DNA of 64,000 nucleotides from Plasmodiophora brassicae (Eukaryota): NCBI GenBank assembly GCA_036867785.1, contig CP145409.1, positions 1,550,001 to 1,614,000 of the forward strand, read 5' to 3'. Shown piece by piece: positions 23,944 to 35,927 of this stretch (position 1 is its first letter; each line of letters starts with the position of its first letter). The notes under the pieces were generated by a model. It saw only the letters and a program-made list of their open reading frames with translations, ran no database searches and was not told where the DNA came from. The position numbers and the translations under genes were made by a program.

Positions 23944-26705
23944 TCAACGTCCAAACATGTATCCACTGGTCAGCTGTCCGGGGAAGTAGTCAGGGAACAG
24001 GTACTCAGATGCTTTCTTGAACTTCTCGACGACGGCACCGATACTGGATGCATAAAGGCCGAGATCAACGGTGCGATCGTTTGGGCTCTCGGCGCACAGC
24101 CGGAACTCGGGGTTCGACACTGTGCCTCGACCAGCCTACATTGGCTTCGTTAGCAATTTCATGGCAAAGATCCCTAGGTGTACCTTTGGGAACACACTGC
24201 CGTTGCCGATCACCGAGATGCAGTCCCGCCTGTAATCGAAACGCGTACCGTAGTACGTGAAGAAGGAGCGCAGACAGCGGCCCTGGAATGGCGCTCGGCA
24301 GTCGTCAGCGTTCACCTATAGAGCGCACGTACAGTGAGACCACACTGGGATTTATCATGTTGACAGACCTAATAATTCCCATAAACATTACCTGCATGTG
24401 AGACACGACCATGACCTGGAGCAGTTGCCAGTCGACACCACCCTGGCTCACATCATGTAAGCCGTGCCGGACAAGGTAATACCAGGCATAGAACATGATC
24501 GGTTTCATCAACGGATACTTTGCGGACGCTTCCAAGGCAAAACTATTGGACAGAAACGTATTCCAAGATATCGTCGCTAACCACGGGCTGCCTTGTATCC
24601 TGAAGACCAGTTTCGGGATCGAGTGCACCACGAGAGTTGCAGAAGATGAAACGACAGGGACACCTTTCACTGCTTCATGCAAAACTTCCAGATTCCTCAG
24701 ATCGCGGTCGGCGCCGTTCAAGCCGGGATGGCTAATAGTGAGATCCAAGCCTGTGAATGGTGCCTGCTTGTATAGGTCATCAACCGGGGACAGCATCGGC
24801 GACAATTTGGACCCTGGGAACAGAACATGAACCATCCGCTCAACCTGCTCTTGTAGTTCATCTCGAATAGGAGCATATGCGTTACGCGTGTCCTTAACCC
24901 AGTCCACAAATCGGCATAGGTCCGTCTCGAGATACGTGCCACCAATTGGGGGCGGGTTCAGGAATTGCTCAATACCCGGCGGGATATCCTCCGAACCGAC
25001 AGCAGAGGAGAAGTCCAGCTCATTGCCTCTAGTTGGGTCACCGGTCCTTATATTCAGCTGCTCAGGCTCCCATAATTCGTCGTTGAACGTATCAAATGAT
25101 GATGCGGAGCAGGCGTCCCCATTGTCACGTTTACACCCGCTATCGCTCTCGGTCAGTGTTCCGGTCACCCGCAACGCCTTCGGCGTTGATTGACCCTCAT
25201 TGCCGTCAAAGTGATCGCACACATCATCATCTTTGTTCCCCATGCCCAAACAGTAATCCTCCTGATGCAGGACTTCACATGCGCCGCCATCGACGTCAAC
25301 ACTGCAGTTGCATTGCTGCCGAACGACGTCGTCGCCTCGGAGAGTGGTGCCGATACCCGGGGCTCCATGTCCACCCAGTGGTACCGGTTCGATTGTAGAA
25401 GTGTTTAAGGCCTTAACAGTCTTAATGTTGAATTCGACTGTCATCAACAACTCAGACACGGCGGATTTAGACACAACGTCGCCTTCGGGATCAACAGGGT
25501 GCACTGCGTCAGTTTCTGTCATCGAATCATCAGCAATAGAACGTTATAGCGTCATCGCAGGCCACAGACCGACGTCTGGTGCTGAAGACACGGTAGTAGT
25601 GGCTGACGTGGCTTTCGAAATGGGAAATCGATCGATGGAGCGGCGCTTCTTCGTATGTTTCCTCTTGAGACGACGAGGCTTCGTATCGGTTGATTCACCA
25701 GATAACAGTGATTCCAGACTAACCAGGTAGTGACTCCGTTCGACATGCTCGTACGCACTAACCAGCTGTCGGGTAGCGGCCTGGAACAGGTCGAGCGCAT
25801 GAGAAATGTTAGCAAACAGCGAACGAACACGATCCAAGCTGGCGCGGAACGCCTCGAACTTCTCCACCCGTGTCGTTTCCATCGGTGATGCCCGGCACAA
25901 TCGTGATGTCAGTAAGGCATCTCCCAGCCGGAGACCTGGCATCGATATGGCTATCACCCTTTGACACAGTACCTGTAGGAGAAGAGAGTCGATACAGATG
26001 TCTCTCACCATGGACCTGGATGCTGTAACTTGGTTGCTTGTGATTGCGATGGCATGTTTCAAGTCGTTAATCGGGACATTCGTCACGTTCCAGAAGCGCT
26101 GCACGGGGAGAGAGATGTAGCTCGCATTTCGCATGGCGTATATGTTTGGCGGACGACTGATCTGATGCATGGCCTGAAACCTGTGAGCCCCATCGAAGCG
26201 TACGAGGGATGCTACCGCAAGAGCGATGTCTCGACAATCTCGTTTTGCACAGAAGTTTCCTTCTAAGGCCAAACGGATATGGGTCATCACGATGGAAACA
26301 AAGGTGTCTTCGAAGCCCTTGAAGACGACCTCGAAATCAGGCCGAATTTCGTCACTAGGACCCGCATATCCGGTGTGCCGCGTTGTAACGCGCGTAATGT
26401 CCGAAGTCGGGGGATCACCAAGCAAATAACCGAACGACTGTGCCGCGTTGAGCACAATGCGTTCAGCTTCGCATAAAGATAACCGCGCTTCCTCCAAACG
26501 AAGTACAGCTTCAGCAATGTGCTCGCGATGGTCGACAGGGCCAGCTGCACGACGCCTGTACACATATGTACAGCGATCAGGCATGAGCGGGTCCACGTCC
26601 AATGGTGTGCGCGCAAACGTACCTGACGCCGGTGCCACGCTTTCCAGCGTCGCACAGGACAATCAGAAGGCCGACCGCAACAACGATGCTACTGCGGATC
26701 CTCAT
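23944..26705 (-). CDS. Family copy 3, with an in-frame TAA at 25544-25546 that may be removed by a 54-nt intron (25516-25569)
   Basis: Signal peptide MRIRSSIVVAVGLLIVLCDAGKR, N-domain, NLS KPRRLKRKHTKKRR and a complete Trf4-like domain. Conserved introns at 26556-26622, 24316-24391 and 24136-24183. Confidence 0.65.
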
Positions 26706-27333
26706 TTGTCGATGAACTGGTTGCGCTACAGCGCACTCCGTCCACTGGCAAGTGCGCGTCTACCTATTTATGCAACACCAATTTCACAGAGTTCGCCGGC
26801 GCTGCAGCTACCTAGATTGAGTTATGAATGACATTCGGCGGATCGTGGCAAACGTGTTTATTCTGCCGCTGTCTACCGTGATATGGGGCCTCAGCCAGTG
26901 ATCAGCTGACCACATCGTCGCAGGCTCGGCGTAATAGGGCATGATGAACAGCATGCCATCAGGGAGCCTGCCTTGCAGAGCCATGCTGGAGTCCGAACCC
27001 TAACGGAAACCTCATCATTGCGTGGACAACAGACGACTTACTACGAAAAATGTCAGGATATGCACAGTGTGACCTTCCTCCAAAGGAAACGCAGCTGCGT
27101 ATATATGCAGAGCCTCGATGTAGGGGAATCAGATTGACGCCGAATCGAACGTGTGGTAACGAGTACAACGCTGCGTTTTGACCAGTCTCGTGAAGAGACC
27201 GGCCAGTCATCACGCGCCCTACACGTTTAAAACAAAGGTGCCGCCGTCGTTCGTCGAGCATCACCGATTCTTGACATTTCGGCGACGAGTCCGACCGCCT
27301 GATCATTGAAGTCGAAGTTCGAAAAACTCGGAA

Positions 27334-27360
27334 GGGGGGGGGGGGGGGGGGGGGGGGGGG
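27334..27360. repeat. Poly-G tract (27 nt)
   Basis: Uninterrupted G run. Confidence 0.95.
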
Positions 27361-27731
27361 TCGAGCTTACATTAACGAATTACTGGAGCACGATGGACGA
27401 CTGGCGATTAACGAGGACGCCAATGCTGGCGTCAGGCACGTCGGTGCTATCGCAGCTCACGCTCACAACCACTAAAGCTCCGATGGATCGACATCTCGGC
27501 ACACTGCCGGAATGGTCTAATAGGATCTCAAACCGCGGGATTCAGGATCGCCAGTCGCGCGCAGTTCGCGCGTCGTCATCTCTGACGTCCAGTAGGTATT
27601 GCTAACGGGCACCAGTATGTATGACGGCAATTCCCATGCTCAATACGTAACCGCTGACAGCGTATGGTTGCATCGTGTACTGACGTCATCGGGAAATTCA
27701 TGTTTGGCGCCTGCGTGCCGTCGTCGGGATC

Positions 27732-30561
27732 TTACGCCGGCGGGACAAGAGCGTGCTTGCCGGCTCCGAGCATGTCTTCGCTCAGGAGCAAGCCGGGATA
27801 GTAGTCGTATAACATGTCAGATGCCTGCCTGAACTTGTCGACTACAGCGGCGATGTTATACGCCTGACGGCCAACGTCAACATTGGGGTCGTCAGGGCTT
27901 TCCGCACACAGACGGAATTCATGGAGCGCCGTCGCGCCTCGATCGGTCTGTATAATGAATAGGAGCCAATGCCATTAGCAGTCGTTTAGTACGACTGTCC
28001 ACCATAACTGTTACCTTTGGAAAAACTCTGCCGTTGCCGGTCACCGAAATGCAATCCCGATTGTAATCGAACCGTTTGCCATAGTACGTGAAGAATGCCC
28101 TCAGACATCGACCCTGGGATGGCGCCTGACAGACATCGCGGTTCATCTGTTCAACACAATTGGAATGAGAACAAGTGGGTTATATCAGGCCAATACACAG
28201 AACCGTGCCTGAATGTGTGACACGACCATGACCTGGAGCAGTTGCCAGTCGACACCACCCTGGGTCACGTCATGAAAGCCGTGTCGGACAAGGAAATACC
28301 AGACATAGAGCATGACCGGTTTCAGCAACGGGTATCTGATGATGGCCTCGGTTGCGAACATATTCGGCTGAAACACGTTCCAGGATAACGTCACCAGTAG
28401 CGGGCCGTCGCGTAACTTGAAGATGAGCTTCGGGAAAGGTAACAGCACAAGAGATATCGAAGACGAAACGGAAGGCAAACGATTCACTCTTTCACGCAAC
28501 GCCTTCAGGTATTGAAGACCCTCACTTTGCAGACCAGAGTTGACAATAGTGAGATCCAGGCCAGTAAACAGAGCCTGCTTGTACAATTCATCGACAGGCA
28601 GCAGCATCGGCGCCACCGTGGAGCCCGGGAACTCGACCTGAACTATCCGCTCGATCTGTCGCCGTACTACGTCCCGAATGGGATCGTAGGCATTACAAGC
28701 ACCGTTAACCCAGTCCAGAAATCCGAGTACGTCAGCATCGAAGTACGGATCCCCCATCGGAGGCGGTTCCAGAAATTCTGCAATGCCCAGGAGAACGTCC
28801 TCCATGCGAGTGTCACGAGAATACTGCATGAGCAATTCGCCGCTTGATGGGTCGCCACTCTTGATCCTAGGCTCATCAGGTAGCCGGGCGGCCAGTTCTG
28901 GTGAATCGTAGGAAGTCGGCGTGACGGCGGCCGTCCAGTTGTCGTCGTTTGGTATGTCATTGCTCTCGGCAGGCATTTCCATCGGCGACGTTGACGGCGG
29001 CAAGCGCTCAATACCAGTATCGTCGTCATCATCATAATCATCAGTACTGCTTCCGGACGTGCTCGAAGAACGCTCAATTTGCTGTAATGTTCCGCTCACG
29101 TGGACACCGGTGGACTCGATGCTGTTCTGCTCCACTTGCCGTTCGACATTGTCACGAAGGGCGACTGCACAAGACGGATCACGTTCTACCGGCGTGCCAC
29201 GTTCACTTGGCGCACAACTCGCCGAGGCCTCACCTGGAGTGTCGAACCGGTCTGTCGCCGATGAATCGAGCATGACGTCGACGGGTTTGCCCTCACTGGC
29301 CATTTCAAGGCCATCAGACTGCCTCGGTTCTGTTTCTGCATTCGCAGTCCAATGATCGGCTTGTGTCGGACAGGACAACGGACCGTCGTCTGTCCCTGAA
29401 GACGCTGCCTCACTTGTCGCTTGACCGGCTGCCGTCGTGGAAGTAGCCATCGTGGAAGCAACGATGTCCGATGTACGTTTCGGTACTTCTGGAAGTTGAT
29501 CACAGGGACGCCGGCGCCGTCTCGCCTGTTTCCGCTTTGATCGACGACTCTGCTTCCGTCCAAGGCCGATCCGTTGATGTTGAGGTTGAGTCGGGGGTTC
29601 ATCAGACAGAATCGAATCCAGACTGGCCAGGTACCGAACGTCTTCGATATGCGCGTCTGCAACGTGCAGAAGATGGAAGGACGCCTCGTACACATCGCCA
29701 ATGAACGCGATCTGATTCGTCAGCAACTCCATGCGATCCATTCTGGCTCGAAATTCGTCCAGCTTCCCCATGGACAACGTGATCCTTGGCGTAGATAGGT
29801 TCAGAGCCGTTAGGTAAGCGCCATGCAGAAGGAGCTGGTCGAATCGCATTCGTTCCAGCATGGACCTAGTCGCTGCAATCTGACTGCCCATCACTGATAT
29901 GGCGTTATCCAGGTCGTCGATTGGTACATGCGACGTATTCCAGAAGCGTTGCACGGGTAGGTCGACGTAGCTCTCGTCGCGCTCCGCGTAAATGTTGTGT
30001 AAGGACTTGATGCCATATTGATCTTGCAATCGTTTGGTACCAGCATGGCGCATGAGGGATACGACCCCGAGAAGAAGATTACCGCGATCTTCTGGTGTGC
30101 ACTGATTGGGTTCCAATGCCAAGTCTATGTGGGACAGCACTTCAGAGACAAACGTTTGCTCGAAACGACAGAACGTGGCGCTAAAGTTGGGCGGGATTTC
30201 ATCATGGCGCACCGGAAACCGGTCGACATGCCGCATCGCAGCGTCTAGTGCAGATGTTAGTACAGGAGGTGCTATGCTGTCTTCGCCGAAAGACTGTCCC
30301 GCGCTCAGTATCAGACGTTCGGCTTTGCACAGCGATGACCGTGCCTCCTCCAAATGCATAACTGCATCGACAATGTGCTCGCGATTGTCGACAGGACGGC
30401 CATCGCCAGACCTACATGAGCGGACATCTCGTCAAAACCAAGCCCGTGCGTGCCTCGAATTGCTCGGCGTACCTGCCGACGTGGCGTTTACCAGCTTCAC
30501 AGACGGACGTCAGAAAGACGAACGCAGCGACGATGCTGCATAGCCGACGTTCGACGGGCAT
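27732..30561 (-). CDS. Family copy 4 (exons 30561-30473, 30411-28209, 28146-28015, 27947-27732; GC-AG second intron)
   Basis: Signal peptide MPVERRLCSIVAAFVFLTSVCEAGKR, N-domain, NLS RKQSRRSKRKQARRRRR, and Trf4-like C-terminus. Confidence 0.78.
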
Positions 30562-33017
30562 TTCGCGGCTCCCAAGAGGCCAGACGGATCGCGAAACTGC
30601 GGCAGCGGTTTCGCCAGGAATAGCGGCACGTCGTGTCGGACACCAACTCGGCCTTCGCCAAGGAATTTCTACTGCACCAATGCCATACAAGTACTTCGAG
30701 AGGTAGCATTGACGCGACCAATAGTAGGCTTACTGGATGCCTTCCCCCGAACACACGACGAACGACGGATGAAGATGCTGTCTGGCTGCCGTCGGCCGGT
30801 TTGCATGTGCTGTTGTCGAGTCCGGCCACCCTGGCCAATGACTTCCAAACTGTGTTGGTGTACTTCTATCAGCAGGTCGTACTTGGAGATATCCCGGACG
30901 ACGGACGAGGATCAGCCACACGTGATCACGAACGCGGCTTTTTGGTTTCTCTACGAAGCTGAAGCGACTTGGCATACGCGTTCGGAAACAACAGCACCCA
31001 GATGCGATCCGCCCCGTGCCGCTTGACATCGTTGAAGTAAGGACGGATGCGGTTGAGCGATACGCCGGCGACAGGATGCGCATCTTGGACAGCATCGTCA
31101 ACCAGGACGTACCCACCGCGCCTTGGAACGCTGCTGGTCAGGATCGCAAATAAGCGGGAGGTGATGATCGGCTAGAACGAACGAGGCAAATCAGCAGGTC
31201 CGGGTGTACCTGACTGGGAATCATCAAAGGTCACGGAGCACAAATGATATCAACGGCCGCCAACGTACCCGAAAATGAGACAGCTGATCCTGGAGGCGAC
31301 CGTAGCATCGTACAGCACAGTACCGGTAGTTTCGTTGCTCCCGACATCCTTCACCATCGACGTCTTCTGGCCAAATCTCGGGCGCCTCCTGGGATCTGCG
31401 ACACGGAATCATGTGAGTACTCAGCCATGGATGACCAGGACAGGCAGATACACGTACAGCTCGTGACCGTGCGCATAACGAACTTCAACGTCGGCATCAT
31501 CGCTCGATGTACGTACTACACGTGACACAGTGTGCCATGGATGGCGACGACTGGCCATGGTGTCGTCGCGATGCCTGCCGAACAAGATGGCAGCGAGCAG
31601 CGGGTAGGACGATCGCGGAGAACGAACACGTTTAGGGTGTACCTGATAGGCAGACGGAAGACGTCAGAACACAAATGAAACAATGGCGTGACATGCGGGC
31701 GCGTGCGTACCCAGAACACGAGTGGCGAGCTAACTAGTCGGCAAGCCGTAAACATCGATGAACCCACGGCCGATCTTGAACCCCGAGTTCCATCAAATCA
31801 GTAGGACCATCCGGCCTGAATGGCGATTCGGGACAGGCATCGTCGGGTCCTGGAGACGGCGATTCGCCAGAGGTAAACCGTTTGCCGGTCGTCGTGGGAC
31901 ATGAATCAACAACGTCCGCCCTACGCAGACATCCGAACATGAGAAACGGTATTAGACTTCACAATCAGCTGGAGTGCAGCACCGACTTGTTCCTCGCAAC
32001 ACCTGACATCAGCTGATACGCGTCGACGACATTCACCGCGAACCCGATCGTTTCCATTGGCAATGATCGCATGGACTGCATCCATTGATGTCCCGTGCAA
32101 ACCCTCCAATCGGGTCGAACAGCTTCCGCGATCTCAGGAATACGGATAACGGCAGACGTGTTCGTCTACGCATGCGTGTCGCTGCAGAGCATTATCCCGG
32201 CGCTCATGGGTCGCGTCAGCGCTGCCATCGGTCGTGTCGAGGACGCCGCGTTTGCGCGTAGTCCGGATCTCGGCCGATCCCGTCGCCCGTCATGAGGCAG
32301 TCGAGGCAGCCGCGGGGATTGCTGCCCGCGCGGCATTCGCTGGCCGTCGTCACGGCGTACCCAAGCCTGCGGCGACTCGACATTCGTCGGGCGACGTGAT
32401 CGGCCTTGCCAAACCGGTCTGCACTGCGTACCCGGAGCCGGATCCAGTTCCACCCGGTCACCCGTTTCCGCACCCGTCGGATACAGGGTACCGGATTGAT
32501 GGAGACGGGCTGGTGCTGACTCATTATTTGCACCGGTTCGAACTGCCGAGCATCAGCGGCACGTGCTCCTAGGAAGCACAGTAGATGCCCGGACATTGGG
32601 GCTGCACAAGACCAGAAGAATGGTGAACGATGGAAGACCTCAGCACGGTATGGACGAGTTTCCGTTGTTGTACACCGCACTGTCGTGCCTGAACTGTTCG
32701 ACCCATAGATGCCTGCAGATTGCTTGTTGTAGGTAGGGTGCTTGGGTTGGGTGGAGCGTTGTAGGCATTGACCGGGTACGAGCAGGTACGGGTGGGTGGC
32801 AGCCAAGCGAACACGACGGGTGACGGATGCGTACAACAACGACGTACTTCATGGATGCCGCATACGGGGATAGGCCATGCGCACTGCGCAGACCCCTGAA
32901 AGCGGGTCGGCAAATTGTCGGCTCGGCTCGGTACAGTGCGCGGGCCACCTGCGCACCACCGGTCGCTGCAGATTACAGACGCACTGGATTGTCATCCCTG
33001 CTGGCCGCTGAGGAATC

Positions 33018-35616
33018 ATGCGCACCTCCCTCACGATTGTCGTGCTGGTCATCGTCGTCTGCAACGCTGCCAAGCGACGCGGATGGTCCTGCCGCGTCCA
33101 ATGATCTTTGATGCGCTGCTGAACGTCTCGGTTCGTCCATAGGCAAGACGTCGTCGGCCCTGCCGACCATCGCGAGTACATATCGGAAGCCGTCAAACAT
33201 CTGGAAGCAGCGCGATCATCGCTATGCGAAGCTGAACACATCGTTCTTAACGTGGGTTGGTTCTTCGGTACCGACAGCTTCCCGCGCATCCCCAGGCCGT
33301 CTGGTGATAGGCGGACGACCCACCCGTCTCGCTCGCCTACTTGCCAATATGGACCGAACCCGCCCAAGTTCATGTCCATATTCTGTCGTCTCGAGCGACG
33401 TCTGACCGCTGAAACCACTGCCGATTTGGAGCTGATCACCAATCTGTACGAATCGGCCCATCAGGCCTTGAACGATCCCGAAAGGAACGCCCCAGAACCC
33501 CATCGTTCTCGTCGGATCTCTCATGATACCGTTGCCCAGCTGGCCTCCGTCGTTCAGGCGCTCCTGGGCAATCAAGGCCGGCGTACGACGAACTTGTTCA
33601 CGATCCGCGATGCGAATTTCGTCGTACTGCCCGTGCGACGCTTCTGGAATGCGACCCGCGTGCCAGTCGACGACTTGACGAATGCGATATCAGAGACCGC
33701 CAACCAGATCTCGGCATCGCGATCGACGCTGAGGCAGCTGAACGTTGACCGGCTTATCCTGTATGGCGTCTACACCCGGGTTCTGGGCGTGTCCGCCTCC
33801 GTCTACAGTTTGTCAACAGACGCCGTTATGTCCAGCGATCGAACATCGTCGATGGCGAGCATGATGATGGACCGTGTGACACTCCGGGTCAGAGTCGCCC
33901 GAGTGCGCCTGCTGGTTGGCCAGATTGAGTACATGGGCACCCTGTACCAGGACGCGGTGGCATGCCTTGAGCAAGCGAGCAAACATATCGAGCTGAGTTC
34001 GTCCCTCGCGAGCCTGGACCCGCTGCTCTCGGAGGAGCTGATCAGAGATGATTCGTCCCCGTCCGGGATCAACCAACGGAGCCGTACCCGACCTGTACCG
34101 GGGCTCGAGGCGTCAGCAGAGACATCAACGAGTGTTTCTGTGCAGACCGATTCTTCTCTTACGTCGGCAGACGTACAACCAATCGTGGAGACACTCGGTT
34201 CAGCAGCAACCAACTGCAACAATCCATTGCCGGTTGACCAAGGTACGTACGGACGCCATTGTACGTCCCACGCGAAATTCGCCAACTCGTCGTGGGCCCG
34301 AACCCACCTGTGCCAGAACCGGCTGCTGAAATGTTGCAACTAGGAGCTTTGGAGGATTATAGCGATGATATCGATCTTGGGGATAACCAGATTGTCGAAG
34401 AGGGCGCAGTGACTCCCGCTGACGACATCCTCTCCAGCGTTCCATGCATTACTGACCAGCGCGGCGCACCCGTGCAAACGTCGCCCATTCTGACCGTCAA
34501 CGACAACGCGTGTGGCAGTGCTGATTCGAACGCGCCGATCTCGCCGATGATATTCCAGGATGTGCTACCGGGGCATTCTGTGCAGCCGTTGCTAATGAGC
34601 GACGCGCATCTCGAAGTGGATCTGGTTGTGTTCCTCGAATGGGTGCCCGTGTGGCGACAGCGTTACAATCCTGTGCGGTACACGGTGCGTCGGCAAGTCG
34701 AGGAGATTGTCCAGACCCTGTTTCCACGTTCACTCCTGTTGTTGAAGTTGTCCCCGGTGGACGACCTGTATACGCAGGCGCCGTTCACCGGTCTGGACCT
34801 GACTATAAGCAATCGCGATCTTCATGGTGACGCCTTGCAGTACCTTTCTGGACTGCTTGGCACAATCGTACAAGCGCGGGATTTATTCCTGTCGCCAGCG
34901 ATTACCCTGATACCGTTTCCGACGCTGATCGTCACGGTACCTGACAGCCCATTAATCCTGTCGTTATCCTGGAACACGGTCCTGCCGAACGCTTTTGCCA
35001 AGGAAGCGGCCGCCAAGTATCCGATGATGAGGCCGGTCCTGCTCTACGTTTGGGTCTTCCTCGTCCGCCATGGCCTACACGACTTGCGCCAGGGCGGTAT
35101 CGATTGGCAACTCCTCCAGATCATGGTCGTGTCTCACATTCAGGTATATAGTACTGCCCCGTGCATCGTCGCATTCCTTAGCTGTATGACGTCGATGTTC
35201 GTTACAGGTGAACGCTGACGACTGTCGGCCGCCGTTCCAGGGTCGATGTCTGCGTATGTTCTTCCATTACTATGGCGCGCGGTTCAATTACCATCGGGAT
35301 TGCATCTCGGTGGTCGGCGACGGCCGAGTATTTCCAAAGGTACCATGGGAATTTTAGGGGCATCCGCGGCCATCGGAACACGCTGACGACTGTGTGTGCG
35401 ACTTGTCAGTCGGATCTGTCAGGGTCGATGTGGCACGACGCGTTCCGGCTGTGTGCGGAGAGCCCATACGACCCCGCCGTCGACCTTGGCGCTCTGGCAT
35501 CCAGCATCCGCACCGTCGTCGACAAGTTCAAGAGGGCGTCCGAACTGCTGATGGACAACGTTCCCGGCCGGCTCATCAGCGAGGACATGCTCGGATCGTA
35601 CGCCCTGCCGGGCTAG
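33018..35616 (+). CDS. Family copy 5 (5 exons; extra linker intron 34243-34316)
   Basis: Signal peptide MRTSLTIVVLVIVVCNAAKRR and N-domain GPADHREYISEAVKHLEAARSSLCEAE. The Trf4-like domain is joined in frame by an AAG|GTACGT...CCAG intron. Confidence 0.75.
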
Positions 35617-35927
35617 CCAGCACTGTCGATGAGATGTGTTCTGCAGGTCATATCGTACAGGAGCGCGCTGATCAACACGTGTGGCACTGCGATGACACAA
35701 GGCCCAACACACAGATGTCGCCTGCACACAATACACCGGACCGCTGACACGTTCTCGTTTGCGTTGTTCATGATTGTGACGTCCGTGTCTGCGTGGTTGA
35801 CGCTGGCTCTGTCTGTTGGCCCCAGAAGGTGCCGTGCGGCGGGTCGGGAAGTGGGCGGGTCAGCAGGATCGCGGCAACGGAAATAGGGTCGGCGCCGCGC
35901 GTTGTTTGGCGTTGCTGCTGGCCAGTC

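Noticed and set aside
30630-32900. Fragmentary ORFs between copies 4 and 5 (possible decayed gene or TE)
   Set aside because: I could not establish a recognisable motif or a consistent exon chain by eye.
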